DNA of 64,000 nt. Origin: Eledone cirrhosa. Lineage: Eukaryota. The DNA lies in the NCBI GenBank assembly GCA_964016885.1, contig OZ024743.1:96410001-96474000 (forward strand). The letters are read 5' to 3'. Below are positions 14,223 through 26,049 of this stretch, piece after piece. Within the stretch, counting starts at the first letter, position 1; the number at the start of each line of letters is the position of its first letter. The translations under genes were made by a program, and so were the position numbers. The notes beneath the pieces were generated by a model. The model ran no database searches, had not been told where the DNA came from, and worked only from the letters and a program-made list of their open reading frames with translations.

Positions 14223-14294
14223 ATATATAGATATATTATTATATATAGATATATTATTATATATAGATATATTATTATATATATATATATTATT

Positions 14295-14325
<31 letters not shown>

Positions 14326-14728
14326 TATATATAGATATATTATTATATATAGATATATTATTATATATAGATATATTATTATATATAGATATATTATTAT
14401 ATATATATATATTATTATACATATATATATATATATATAGATATATTATTATATATATATATATTATTATATATATATATATATATATATAGATATATTA
14501 TTATATATAGATATATTATTATATATAGATATATATATATATAGATATATTATTATATATAGATATATTATTATATATAGATATATATATATAGATATAT
14601 TATTATATATATAGATATATATATATAGATATATATATATAGATATATTATTATATATATAGATATATTATTATATATATAGATATATTATTATATATAT
14701 AGATATATTATTATATATATAGATATAT

Positions 14729-14773
<45 letters not shown>

Positions 14774-14808
14774 TATATTATTATATATATATAGATATAT
14801 TATTATAT
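13791..14808. repeat. compound (TA)n/GATATATTATTA microsatellite
   Basis: Direct inspection. Confidence 0.95.
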
Positions 14809-14976
14809 ATTGTTATACTTTGGGATGGTCATGTTGCCAATAAGAAACACACGCACCAGTTGCTTTCACTTCAATTTATTATATATTTATAAATTTATAA
14901 ATTTACAAATCTACAAACTTATAAATTTCTGGTTGGTTGGTTGGTTCCACAACCAGATAGTTGTTTATATATATAT

Positions 14977-15021
14977 AGTCATAGTCCTTTCGTCACACAC
15001 TCTGTGACCTCTTCAGTGACT
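14977..15021 (-). ncRNA. minimal hammerhead ribozyme
   Basis: Reverse complement reads agtca-CTGAAGA-g gtcaca gagtg tgtgac-GAA AG ga CT A^tgact. Confidence 0.8.
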
Positions 15022-15478
15022 GGGGATTCCTTTCTTTGTTTCTGTGCCTTTCCTTTCTTCTGTCCTACGCCATTTTGTTTCTGTGTGTGTGTGTTGTGTG
15101 CTCAGTTTGCGCATGCGCCACATCCGGGTGTCTGTGTGTGTTTGTGTTCATTTATCTATTTGTTTATTTATTTACATGTTTAGGCAAATTACAGAGGCAG
15201 TAAGCATAAAAGAATTACAACCAAAATTAAATAGAAAATATGAGTGAAACAGCAACATCACAACTTACAATTAAGGAGAAAATGAAAACACACACACACA
15301 TAGAACAAACAACCAACCAACAACATGTAAATAAATAAACAAATAGATAAATGAACACAAACACACACAGACACCCGGATGTGGAGCATGCGCAAACTGA
15401 GCACACAACACACACACAGAAACAAAATGGCGTAGGACAGAAGAAAGGAAAGGCACAGAAACAAAGAAAGGAATCCCC

Positions 15479-15523
15479 AGTCACTGAAGAGGTCACAGAG
15501 TGTGTGACGAAAGGACTATGACT
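15479..15523 (+). ncRNA. minimal hammerhead ribozyme
   Basis: agtca-CTGAAGA-g gtcaca gagtg tgtgac-GAA AG ga CT A^tgact. Confidence 0.8.
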
Positions 15524-15786
15524 ATATATATAAACAACTATCTGGTTGTGGAACCAACCAACCAGAAATTTATAAGTTTGTAGATTTGTAAATTTATAAA
15601 TTTATAAATATATAATAAATTGAAGTGAAAGCAACTGGTGCGAGTGTTTCTTATTGGCAACATGACCCTCCCAAAGTATAACAATATCGGTTTCAACACA
15701 CGATTTCAGATAAAGAATCTTGCTAAACAAATTTAGAAACGAAATATTATTATATATATATAGATATATATATATATTATTATATC

Positions 15787-16080
15787 TCATTTCATTTTAC
15801 GTCCACTTTTCCCTGCTTGCAAGGGTGGGACGGGAACTGATTCTGGCTTGATTTCTACAGCTGGATGCCCTTTCTAACACCAACCTCATTTACAGTGAGT
15901 GCTGGGTGCTTTTTTGCCGTGGCACCTCCACGACCACTTTGCAGTGGAATGATAGGGACCCAAGTCCCTATCATCTCATTTGTACAGCTGAGTAAACTGG
16001 AGCAATGTGAAATAAAGTGTCTTGTTCAAGGAAACAACACATCACCCGGTCTGAATTGAACCCACAACCTTTCGATTGCA
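15787..16080 (-). mobile_element. CORE-SINE, head truncated and fused to an RTE-B fragment
   Basis: Matches the SINE consensus up to the anticodon region (ttcgattgca). Confidence 0.85.
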
Positions 16081-17261
16081 TGGCCATGCTCAGTGTGTAG
16101 GAAAGGAGTAGGTAGAAACTCCATTTTATGTCCCAAATGCAAAGTATGGGTGCATAAAAGATGTAGTGGGATCACAGGTAAACTAACTAAGAACATAGAT
16201 TTTATATGTGGCCGGTGCTCTGGTGCAATAATAGCAGCAAGTACCCACAGAATACTAGCTCATTCCATTGCACAGATGGTTCTATAGAAATAGTGGACAC
16301 CTTCCGTTACTTGGGTGACAAAATCAGCTGTGGTGGAGGGTGCTCTGAAAGTACAGTAGCTAGAGTCAAAACTGGATGGAAAAAGTTCAGAGAGCTTATA
16401 CCACTATTAGCTGCTAAAGGGTTCCTTCTAAAAATGAAAGGCAGACTGTATAATGCCTGCATATGAACAGCAATGTTACATGGCAGTGAGACCTGGGCAT
16501 TGTGTGCAGAGGATATACGCAGACTGGAGAGGAACGAAGCTTGCATGCTCTACTGGATGTGTAATAGTAATATACGTGAACGGCAAAGCATAAACGAACT
16601 AAGGGAAAAATTAGAAATAAGAGGGAGCAGATGTTGTTTACTCGAGAGAAGACTATGTTGGTATGGTCACGTGATGCGCATGAAAGAAGACATCTGTATC
16701 AAAAAGTGCAGGGCAATAAAAATAGATGGTAGCCACGGAGTAGGCAGACCCAGAAAAACCTGGGACGACTTGATAAATTCCGACCTCACACACTTACACC
16801 TCTCCAAGACAATGTCACTGGACCGAGATCTTTGGCGCTACATAGTAATACAGAAGACCCGCCTTACCTAAGAACAAAGTGAAACCTACTACAGTCAGTA
16901 GGCACCTATAACAAAATACACCCCCGTCCCACTACCCCCACCCCATCCACACCACCCCTTTCAATGTAAAGTTATGTTGGTACCACAACATCCAGTCCGA
17001 AACAAATGAGGTCGTGTAGGTGTCACGACAAAAAAACACACAGTCCACACTGTAATGTGGTTGTGTAGGTAACACGGAAAAAACCTCTCAGTCCACACTG
17101 TAAATGTGGTTGGTGTTAGGAAGGGCATCCAGCCGTAGAAAACCCGCCAGACAGTCCTATGCGAGCAAGACAACCACTCTTGCCTCAAGTGGGAAAACTC
17201 CCATCCAAACCCACGCAAGCGTGGAAGATGGACGTTAAACGATGATGATGATGATGATGAT
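16081..17261 (+). mobile_element. RTE LINE family B, 5'-truncated and frameshifted
   Basis: ORFs at 16093, 16206 and 16473 are homologous to 12468-13391; (GAT)n tail. Confidence 0.9.
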
Positions 17262-17374
17262 ATATATATATATAGATATATAGTTATATATATAGATATA
17301 TAGTTATATATATATATATAGAGATATATAGTTATATATATATATATATATATATATAGATATATAGTTATATA

Positions 17375-18470
17375 TATAAAGAATGAATAATAACAGGTAG
17401 ACATCATAAAAAGGTAATTTATTCCGTGTGCTTACAAATGTTTCCACGGTGGTACTACAGCCTAGTTATGCTATGTGCAAATTTACAAGTATTTGCAGAA
17501 CTCAAATATCCAATGCTGTGACCACTGTATCCTCAGAGCAGAATGGTAAAATGTACAATGTAAATACCCTTAAGTGGGGTTGTTGGGGAAGATAGAGTAG
17601 AAAAGGAAGAGAGAAAAGTAGGGGAGAGAGAGAGAAAGATATGCAGGGGTTGGAGTAGTAGGAGAGAGTGGTTTGTAGATATCTTAATCAAAATGTTATG
17701 GTAGGGGTTTTATTATACTGGTTACTTTTGGAGAGATGCGTTGATAGTTAAGGTCGGAATTATTTATTGCCCCAGAGGGCAGGTTCATAGATGTGGAGAG
17801 GGAGGTAGGCCAAAGGCGAGAGAGAGAGAGAGTGTAATGGATGTAGAGAGAGAGGTAGAGAGGGGACAGACGAAGTTTATGTGGTGAGTGAATTTTGGGT
17901 TTGTAGTAGTAATCTGTGAATTGCACTGAGTTACCATTTATAGTGATAAGCAGTGTATTGTCTTGTAGTGTGGGGGAAGAGAAGGTGGTTAGCTAGAAAG
18001 CGATGTTATAGTTACGGGTTCGAATGTTAAGTTATTTTATAGTGAGAGAATTTAGCTTTTAGTTTGTGGTTGCAGTATAATGATCATTCAATTCTATCGT
18101 TAAGTAGTTTGTTTTGGGATTTTAATATGTAAAAGAGTTCAAGGTTACATAACCTGCAGTACTTCAATCCACTCCGATATGCACTTGCGCTGGAAAGTAT
18201 ATCCCATTTTAAGGTGAACTGTAAATTTGCACATAGCATAACTAGGCTGTAGTACCACCGTGGAAACATTTGTAAGCACACGGAATAAATTACCTTTTTA
18301 TGATGTCTACCTGTTATTATTCATTCTTTATATACACTCCGGAATACAGAAGGATCAGGAACTAAGTTTCTTCAACAATTCTTCCATAACTCGTAGAGTA
18401 ACCTCTCACGGTACGTCAACCATATCCAGTGTAGTAATTAACCATTACTACATCTTGGGTAATCCTATAC

Positions 18471-18475
<5 letters not shown>
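17375..18475 (-). mobile_element. Penelope-like element 3' fragment with an inverted partial pLTR
   Basis: Minus-strand GIY-YIG C-terminus LKWDILSSASAYRSGLKYCRLCNLELFYIL..LLNDRIE*SLYCNHK (18027-18220); inverted arms 17375-17487 and 18220-18334; (TA)n on both sides. Confidence 0.85.
17429..17540 (-). ncRNA. hammerhead ribozyme with a long stem II insertion
   Basis: Reverse complement reads tgct-CTGAGGA-tacagtggt[~65 nt]accaccgtg-GAAA catttg TA^agca. Confidence 0.7.
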
Positions 18476-18526
<51 letters not shown>

Positions 18527-18595
18527 TAGATATGTAGATATAGATAGATAGATATGTAGATATAGATAGATAGATATATAGATAGATATGTAGAT

Positions 18596-18630
<35 letters not shown>

Positions 18631-18659
18631 TATAGATAGATATGTAGATATAGATAGAT

Positions 18660-18790
18660 ATGTTTCTTTTATTTGCCACCAGGGCATCAAAAGTGGGACA
18701 AGTACAATGGGGGGAGTTTACAAAACAAGGCGTCCTCAATAAGTAGGAGGCAATAACAATATATAAAAATAAAATAAAATATAAGATATA
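18660..18790 (-). mobile_element. possible 3' end of a non-LTR element inserted in (TAGA)n
   Basis: Unique ~130 bp ending in aataaaagaaac and running into (TCTA)n on the minus strand; no ORF evidence. Confidence 0.3.
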
Positions 18791-18931
18791 GATAGATAGA
18801 TAGATTTATAGATAGATATGTAGATATAGATAGATATATAGATAGATATGTAGATATAGATAGATAGATAGATATAGATAGATAGATAGATAGATATATA
18901 TATAGATATATATATAGATATATATATATAG

Positions 18932-21196
18932 ATCATCATCATCATCATCATCATCATCATTTTACGTCCGCTTTTCCCTGCTTGCAAGGGTGGGACGGGT
19001 CTTATTCAGCACAGCATCTCTCCACTCGTCACGGTCCCTCGTCATCTCCACCGTGAGCTTCAATGATCTGAGGTCTGTTCTCACCACCTCCGCCCATGTT
19101 TTTCGTGGTCTACCTCTACCACGTCTTCCTTCAACTGGCATTTCCTGGCACTTCCCATCGGTCATCCTCCATGCGCATCACATGTCCATACCACCTCAGT
19201 CTCCTCTCCCGTACACTACATTCTATCCCTCTCAGACATAGTTTCTCTCTCAACACATTTATGCTGGGTCGTTCACGCACATTTACACTGCACATCCAAC
19301 GGAGCATGCTTGCCTCATTTCTCTCCAGCCGTCGCATATCCTCTGCGGTTGCTGCCCATGTCTCACTACCATGCAGCATCGCGCTCCTCACACAGGCATC
19401 ATACAACCGGCCTTTCGTACGCAGGGAGAAACCCTTCTTCGTCAACAGAGGAAGCAGCTCCCTAAACTTCTTCCAACCCGTCCTTATTCTAGATACTATG
19501 GCCTCGGAACACCCTCCTCCCATGCTAATCTGATCTCCTAGGTACCGGAAGTTATCCACCACTTCTATAGCGCCCTCCTGCATTTGAAAAATGTGTCTAT
19601 CAGTGCGACTTCTACTGTCTAATTTCCCTGTACATCTACTGCATACATATTTCTCCCTACCTGTTAGTTTGCCTGCTATCCCGCTACATCTCTTGTGTAC
19701 CCAGGACCTGCATTGTGTGCATTTTATAGAATTTATGCCAGTTCCTTTTCTGCATATCGAACATGGCCATTTCCCTGACGGAATCAGGGTTTTGTCCTCT
19801 TTTCTACTCATCAACACTTTTGTCTTAGCTAGATTTACTCTCAGTCCTCTTGCTTCCAACTGCTGTTTCCATAGCCGGAATTTATTCTCTAGCTCCTCTA
19901 CTGATTCTGCCATAAGAGCCAGATCGTCAGCATAGAGAAGTTCCCATGGACAGCCAGTCTTAAACTCCTCTGTTATGGCTTGGAGGACTATAATGAACAA
20001 GAGCGGGCTGAGGACCGAACCCTGATGTACTCCTACTTGTATCTGGAATTCCTCACTAAACTCCATTCCTACCCTAACTTTACTGAGAGTACCTCTGTAC
20101 AAAGTTTGCACTGTCCTCACAAGCCATTCCTCAACACCCAGCTTCCTTAGGGACCACCAGATGACAGATCGGGGTACCCTATCAAAGGCCTTCTCTAGGT
20201 CAACAAAGGCTAAGTATAGTGGCTTATTCTTCTCTAAGAACCTCTCTTGCATTTGTCTCACCAAGAAGAGGGCATCTGTTGTACTCTTCCCAGGCACAAA
20301 ACCAAACTGAATCTCATCTAGTTTGACCCTTTCTCTAATTAGTTGTGCTAAAATCCTTTCTGCCACTTTCATAACCTGATCTATCAGTTTTATACCCCTA
20401 TAATTGCTCCTCTCCAAAGCATCCCCTTTACCTTTGTAGCAATTTATGAGAATACTGCTGCACCAGTCTTTGGGTATGACACCACCATATATAGCCTGAT
20501 CGATGATGCGTGCAACCAGTTTAGTGCCTACGTCCCCTGATGCCTTCAGCATCTCAGCAACTATTCCCGATGGTCCGGCCGCCTTACCATTTTTCATTTC
20601 CCTAATCGCCTCTTGGACCCTATATTCGTCAATCTCAATAGCTGGTCCCTCTGTCGGATCTACCAAGGGTAATTTCTCTCTCTCCCATTCGTTCTCCACA
20701 TTCATCAGTCTCTCATAATGACATTTCCAGGCCTCCTTTGTCTGGTCATTCGTGACACTAAGTACACCGGCATCATCCCGGACACATTTATCACCAACAA
20801 CATCTTGATTTGCATTGACACACTGCCTTGCAATGTGGAACACCGCACGCCTCTGATCTTCCCGTCGCAGAACATTGGCAAACCTCCTACTCTCTGCCTC
20901 CCTGCGTGCTAAGTACACCTGACGTCTAGCTTCTCTCTTAGTGGCTGTATATTCTTCCCTACTCCCACCCTTTTTCCAAGCCTTCCATGCTAGTCTTTTG
21001 TCTCTAATAGCCTTATCTACTGTGCTGTTCCACCACCAGGTCACTCTCTGTCTGGTTGGAGCTCTGCTCCAGCCACAGGTTTCATCAGTAGCCTGCAGCA
21101 AGTTGTCACGTAAGAACTTCCAGTTATTATCTATGTCATACGTCTCTAAATCGTCTTCTTTTTCGTCATATACATCTTGAAGGGTTTTCCTAAATT
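18932..21196 (-). mobile_element. RTE LINE family C, 5'-truncated, 656-aa RT ORF
   Basis: ORF 19131-21101 with all RT motifs and a frameshift near the C-terminus; ORF ends KTRPTLASREKRT* directly before (GAT)n; inserted in TA/GATA repeat. Confidence 0.95.
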
Positions 21197-21283
21197 TTAG
21201 ATATATATAGATATATATATATAGATATATATAGATATATATATATAGATATATATATATATATAGATATAAAGATATAAATA

Positions 21284-21860
21284 TACTTCTTTCTTTGAGC
21301 TAATTAATTGTAAAAGACTGTTTGAGTTTATAACTCTATATATATAGTATAACGGCTCCTTTTGTTGAGCTAATTTTAATCCCATAATAACGGCTGTTAT
21401 TTCTAGCAGCACGAGTATGAGATAGCTAGATGCTGAAAAACCATGTGCGTCAATCAGTTCTCCTAAATATTTTGAGGTGAAACATACCAATTTTCTGAGT
21501 ACTTGCTGATGAGAGCAGAAGATGGAATTTTTCACTTTTTCAATTATCGAAACTTATTTGGATTTTGAAGTTTAAACTTATCTACGGAAGAGGTTTGGAT
21601 TTTGAAATTTAAATTTGTCCAAGTACCACGGCCATTGCCAATATGGGTTTGTTTTTATTGATTTATTATTTTAAATCGAGACAGGCAAACTGTATTAATC
21701 TAATAAGTATTTTTCTATCTAGCTAACTTGGTCATTTACAATGCAAACACCTATATGATTGTATTAGTGTTTATCATATATATTAATTTATATTAACTTC
21801 TTTCTTTGAGCTAATTAATTGTAAAAGACTGTTTGAGTTTATAACTCTATATATATAGTA
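21284..21860 (+). mobile_element. non-coding TA-inserted element, partial copy plus full unit in direct tandem (~512-bp period)
   Basis: acttctttctttgagctaattaattgtaaaagactgtttgagtttataactctatatatatagtat at ~21284 and ~21796; homologous to 31495-32530 on the opposite strand. Confidence 0.7.
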
Positions 21861-22509
21861 TGATATATATATATATATATATATAGATAGATATATAGAT
21901 ATATATGTAGATACAGATAGATATAGATATATATAGATATAGATAGATATAGATAGATATAGATAGATATAGATATAGATAGATATAGATATATATAGAT
22001 AGATATAGATATATATATATATAGAGAGAGAGATAGATAGATATATCTGTTACATTTTGGAGATGGTGCTATTATTGTTTGCTAAAAAAAATGAAGAATC
22101 AAATTACTCCCAGTATTTCAGTAACCAAAATTAAACAAAAGTTTGAGAAACATGTTGAAACTTTATATAACGTATGAAATGGTAAAAAGTAATCATTGCA
22201 TAATGGAATTGTGAAAGAAAAACTGTTTAAATACTATAATATTAAAACTTGATAAATAAATTCTCTGTTGATTCGTTGCCTTAGATTATAAACATGGTTT
22301 AGATTTTGGCTCATTTCTCAGCCATAAAATAGGTGTTTTATATATAGTATATATATATATATATATAGTATATTTTGAGTATATGTTGGTTGTATACCAA
22401 CACCTCAGTATGCAGATTGGAGCACTAGACAAAGTGCGCAGGTTGGTTTGGTTACTCCGGAGTAATGTAAAATAAAATAAAATAAATAAATCAAATGTTT
22501 AAAATTATT

Positions 22510-22564
22510 ACTGCTATATATATTTCGGTGACAGCCATCTTTGGCTGTGACCTCTTCAGGCAGT
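22510..22564 (-). ncRNA. minimal hammerhead ribozyme
   Basis: Exact reverse complement of 22655-22709. Confidence 0.85.
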
Positions 22565-22654
22565 CCGAAGTAGTGTGGTAGAGACGAGTGGTATCAGAGT
22601 ATTGACAAAGTTATACACCTCAACAATATGTGTACTCGTCTCTACCTAATTCGG

Positions 22655-22709
22655 ACTGCCTGAAGAGGTCACAGCCAAAGATGGCTGTCACCGAAATATA
22701 TATAGCAGT
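22655..22709 (+). ncRNA. minimal hammerhead ribozyme
   Basis: actgc-CTGAAGA-ggtcacagcca aaga tggctgtcacc-GAAA tatata TA^gcagt; palindromic helix III. Confidence 0.85.
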
Positions 22710-22784
22710 AATAAACGAAGCCAAATTTTAAACATTTGACTCATTTATTTTATTTTATTTTATATATATAGTATATATATATAA

Positions 22785-22970
22785 AATATCAATAATATTA
22801 ATAAATGGAAAATATCTTTATAAAACCATATTTATTTTATTATACGTATTTCAAGGGTACTAATATTTTAGTACGAAAGCGTACTAAAATATTAGTACTC
22901 TTGAAATACGTATAATAAAATAAATATGGTTTTATAAAGATATTTTCAATTTATTAATATTATTGATACT
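22785..22970. repeat. palindrome of two hammerhead 3' halves (family of 24544 and 43903)
   Basis: Inverted repeat centred on gtacgaaagcgtac; each arm has stem II + GAAA tacgta TA ataaaata but lacks CTGAT. Confidence 0.75.
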
Positions 22971-23119
22971 AATGATACTCCAGAAAAAACATTGTTGAGT
23001 GCGTCTAATCTGTTATAAATTAACTTTGTTGAATAATCAAGAAGCCAAATAACTAATTGTTTATATATCTCATCATCATCATCATTTTACGTCCGATTTC
23101 CCTGCTTGCAAGGGTATAT

Positions 23120-23313
23120 ATATAGGAAAAGAGTCAGGACCCCGACGGCTTAGCTCTAACCGTTTCGACATCTAGCGTTCAAACATAGCTGTCGAAATGG
23201 CCGGGGCTCAGCCGTTAGAGTCATGATTCTTTTCCTATTACCCACTCTACTACCCAGTATCAAGGACTTTGGTGCGTTATGGTTCACCTGGTTACTTACC
23301 ACACTTCCTTCAT
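23120..23313. mobile_element. fold-back pLTR-like module (family also at 31261-31462, 37876-37965, 40110-40245, 52426-52555)
   Basis: Inverted arms ~23122-23175 and ~23186-23238 containing GAAAyGGyy-gagctc; shared tail cccactctactaccc..cttaccacacttcctt. Confidence 0.7.
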
Positions 23314-23479
23314 TATATATATATATATATATATATAATATAGGGACCGGCTGACAAAGAAACACCATGCGTCCAGCTGGCCCTCTGTATCAAGGAAAGA
23401 AAATCTTTTTTGAAGAATTTATTGAATTTTTCAAAACAAAGGTTTTTTTTAGTAACTTTCATTGTTTTTATAGGTTTTG

Positions 23480-23537
23480 CTGTCTGAAGAGCTCAGGCTA
23501 TCATAACTGATAGTCCTTAGCCAAATATGTATAACGG
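23480..23537 (+). ncRNA. degenerate hammerhead ribozyme (GAAA>CAAA)
   Basis: ctgt-CTGAAGA-gctcaggctatca taac tgatagtccttagc-CAAA tatgta TA^acgg. Confidence 0.6.
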
Positions 23538-23670
23538 AGTTTTAAATAAACCTGAATCAACTGAATATGACCTCAGATCTTTTAATGATATATTTATATA
23601 TATATATATTGTTATACTTGGGGAGGGTCATATTGTTTCGACACACAATTTCATATCAAATACCTCGCAA

Positions 23671-23719
<49 letters not shown>

Positions 23720-23727
<8 letters not shown>

Positions 23728-24260
23728 ATACTTTGGGAGGGTCATGTTGCCAATAAGAAACACGCGCACCAGTTGCTTTCACTTCAATTTATTATAATAA
23801 ATTTATAAATTTAGGAATTTATAAATTTCTGGTTGGTTGGTTGGTTCCACAACAAAGTTCTTTCGTCACACATTCGGTGACCTCTTCAGTGACTGGGGAT
23901 TCTTTTCTTTGACTTTTGTGCCTCTCCTTTGTTCTGTCCTACGCCATCTTGTTTGTGTGTGTGTGTTGTGTGCTTAGTTTGTGCATGTGTTACATCCGGG
24001 TGTCTGTGTGTGTTTATATTCGTTTATTTATTTGTTTATTTACATGTTACTGGTTGGTTGTTTGTTCTATGTGCGTGTGTGTTTTCATTTTGTCCTTAAT
24101 TGTAAGTTATGATGTTGCTGTTCCACTCATGTTTTCTATTTAATTTTGGTTGGAGTTCATTTATGTTTATTGCCTCTGTGATTTGTCTAAATATTGCGTG
24201 TTTTCTGTGTGTAGGTTCTATTTTTATTTCTATGTTCTATTTTAGCATGTTGGTAGAGTA
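23720..24260 (-). mobile_element. pLTR-like module (family of 14808-15745); its hammerhead at 23851-23893 has stem I disrupted by a deletion
   Basis: Colinear with 14808-15181 and with the reverse complement of 15181-15686. Confidence 0.75.
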
Positions 24261-24543
24261 CAGATGATTCTTTACTATCTTGAAGGTTTCGCCAGTGTTC
24301 ATTTATCCGTTCCCCTATACTACCAGCTGTCTCACCTATGTACACTATATTTTTATCTCTATATTTGTCTTTCAGTACATCTTATGCTATATACTACATT
24401 TCTAGTTTTACAGTTAATATGGGGGCTTAATTTACAGATTATACATTTCTTATCTATACAGGGAGGTCTTTATATATATTCAAATAGAACTCACAACATT
24501 AAGTTCTTGTTTGAATATGTCACTATCTGTAAAACAAATTTTG

Positions 24544-24604
24544 TATTTTATCTGATGAGAGCATACCAAAATTTTGGTACCCTTGAAATATATATAATAA
24601 AATA
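24544..24604 (+). ncRNA. minimal hammerhead ribozyme
   Basis: tattttat-CTGATGA-gagcatacc aaaatttt ggtaccctt-GAAA tatata TA^ataaaata; perfect 8-bp stem I. Confidence 0.85.
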
Positions 24605-24673
24605 AATATGGTTTTATAAAGATAGTTTCCATTTATTAATATTTTTGATATATATATATATATGTATATATAT

Positions 24674-25006
24674 GGAGGCACATAGCTGAGTGGTTAGAGC
24701 ATTGGCCTTGCAATCGAAAGGTTGTGAGTTCAAATCTCAGACCGGGTTATGTTGTTTCCTTGAGCAAGACACTTTATTTCACATTGCTCCAGTTTACTCA
24801 GCTGTAGAAATGAGATGATAGGGACTGGGGTCCCTATCATTCCACTGGAAAGTGGTCGTGGAGGTGCCACGGCAAAAAAGCACCCAGCACTCACTGTAAA
24901 TGAGGTTGGTGTTAGGAAGGGCATCCAACTGTAGAAATCAAGCCAGAATCAGTTCCCGTCCCACCCTTGCAAGCAAGGAAAAAGCGGACGTAAAATGAAA
25001 TGATGA

Positions 25007-25008
<2 letters not shown>
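24674..25008 (+). mobile_element. tRNA-derived CORE-SINE with RTE-derived tail
   Basis: A box tagctgagtgg, B box gagttcaaatc; CORE-like ccttgagcaagacactt..cagtttactcagctgtagaaatg; (TGA)n tail. Confidence 0.9.
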
Positions 25009-25054
<46 letters not shown>

Positions 25055-25319
25055 TTAAATTTGCCACTGGTTATCTCTGTAAGATGTTCTTACCATAAAA
25101 TGGTGGCTCCAACAGCAATAAGATAAATGTGCCAAAGACAGCTAACTGCAGCAGCCGTAAGAGTAAAATCAATAATCTTTGTCTCCAAGTGGATTAGTTC
25201 AGCTCAATTATACAGATAATAGGGTATAATCCAACAAGTGGTCTTAGAGATTAAATAATGTTGCAACAGTATCTCTGGATTGAAATTACTCATTGTACAA
25301 ACAAGAAAAACAAATAATG

Positions 25320-25392
<73 letters not shown>

Positions 25393-25434
25393 CACATACT
25401 TACACACATATATATGCGTGTATGTATATATATA

Positions 25435-25503
<69 letters not shown>

Positions 25504-26049
25504 GTATATGTATGTGTGTATGTGTACTTATCATCAGTATCACTTTACACCCATTCTCCCATTCTTGCTTGGGTTGGATGGATCAATTCTAGCACAACAT
25601 CTCACCCCTGGTGATACTTTGCTGTGTTCATTGATTTAACCCCAATGCTTTAACCATTTCCAAATTCCAAGGATCCAAAGAGCAAGGTTCAGTGTTACTA
25701 AGTCTATAAGGGATTCATTCCTCTACCTATTTTAGTTAGCTGGCCTGTTACAGTAAGCCTTTTCTCTGATAATTTATGCACAGTACTGCAAGATATCACT
25801 GCTTGTCACTGTACGATCTTGTGGTACATAGTGCTTACTTTAAGTAAATATCACATTGTTGTTACAGCTCACATCTTGTAGGTATATCTATATGGTTGAT
25901 TCTTATATCAGCTTTCCTGGGAGTTATATGGATATAGGCCTCTATCCTATTCTGCAACCTGTTTTCCTGTAACAGTTGTGGTTTTGACACAGAATACACA
26001 GTACCAGCATAGATAGCTTGACTGGTTCTTCATTTATCGACCTCAAAAA

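Larger units (their letters stand above)
14808..15745. mobile_element. fold-back pLTR-like module with a hammerhead on each strand
   Basis: Inverted arms ~14808-15181 and ~15320-15686; same family as 23720-24260 and 47414-47657. Confidence 0.8.
22469..22761. mobile_element. palindromic pLTR-like module with two intact, divergent hammerheads
   Basis: Inverted arms ~22469-22589 and ~22634-22761. Confidence 0.8.

Noticed and set aside
18084-18086. In-frame TGA in the PLE GIY-YIG tail as possible selenocysteine
   Set aside because: Aligns to a non-Cys position (L in KSELFSSCLH of the other PLE); no SECIS identified; a nonsense mutation is simpler. The other PLE's internal stop is TAG
21506-21560. 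CTGATGA...CGAAAC as a hammerhead in the tandem element
   Set aside because: No stem I or stem II pairing, and CTGATGA is not conserved in the 31495-32530 relative
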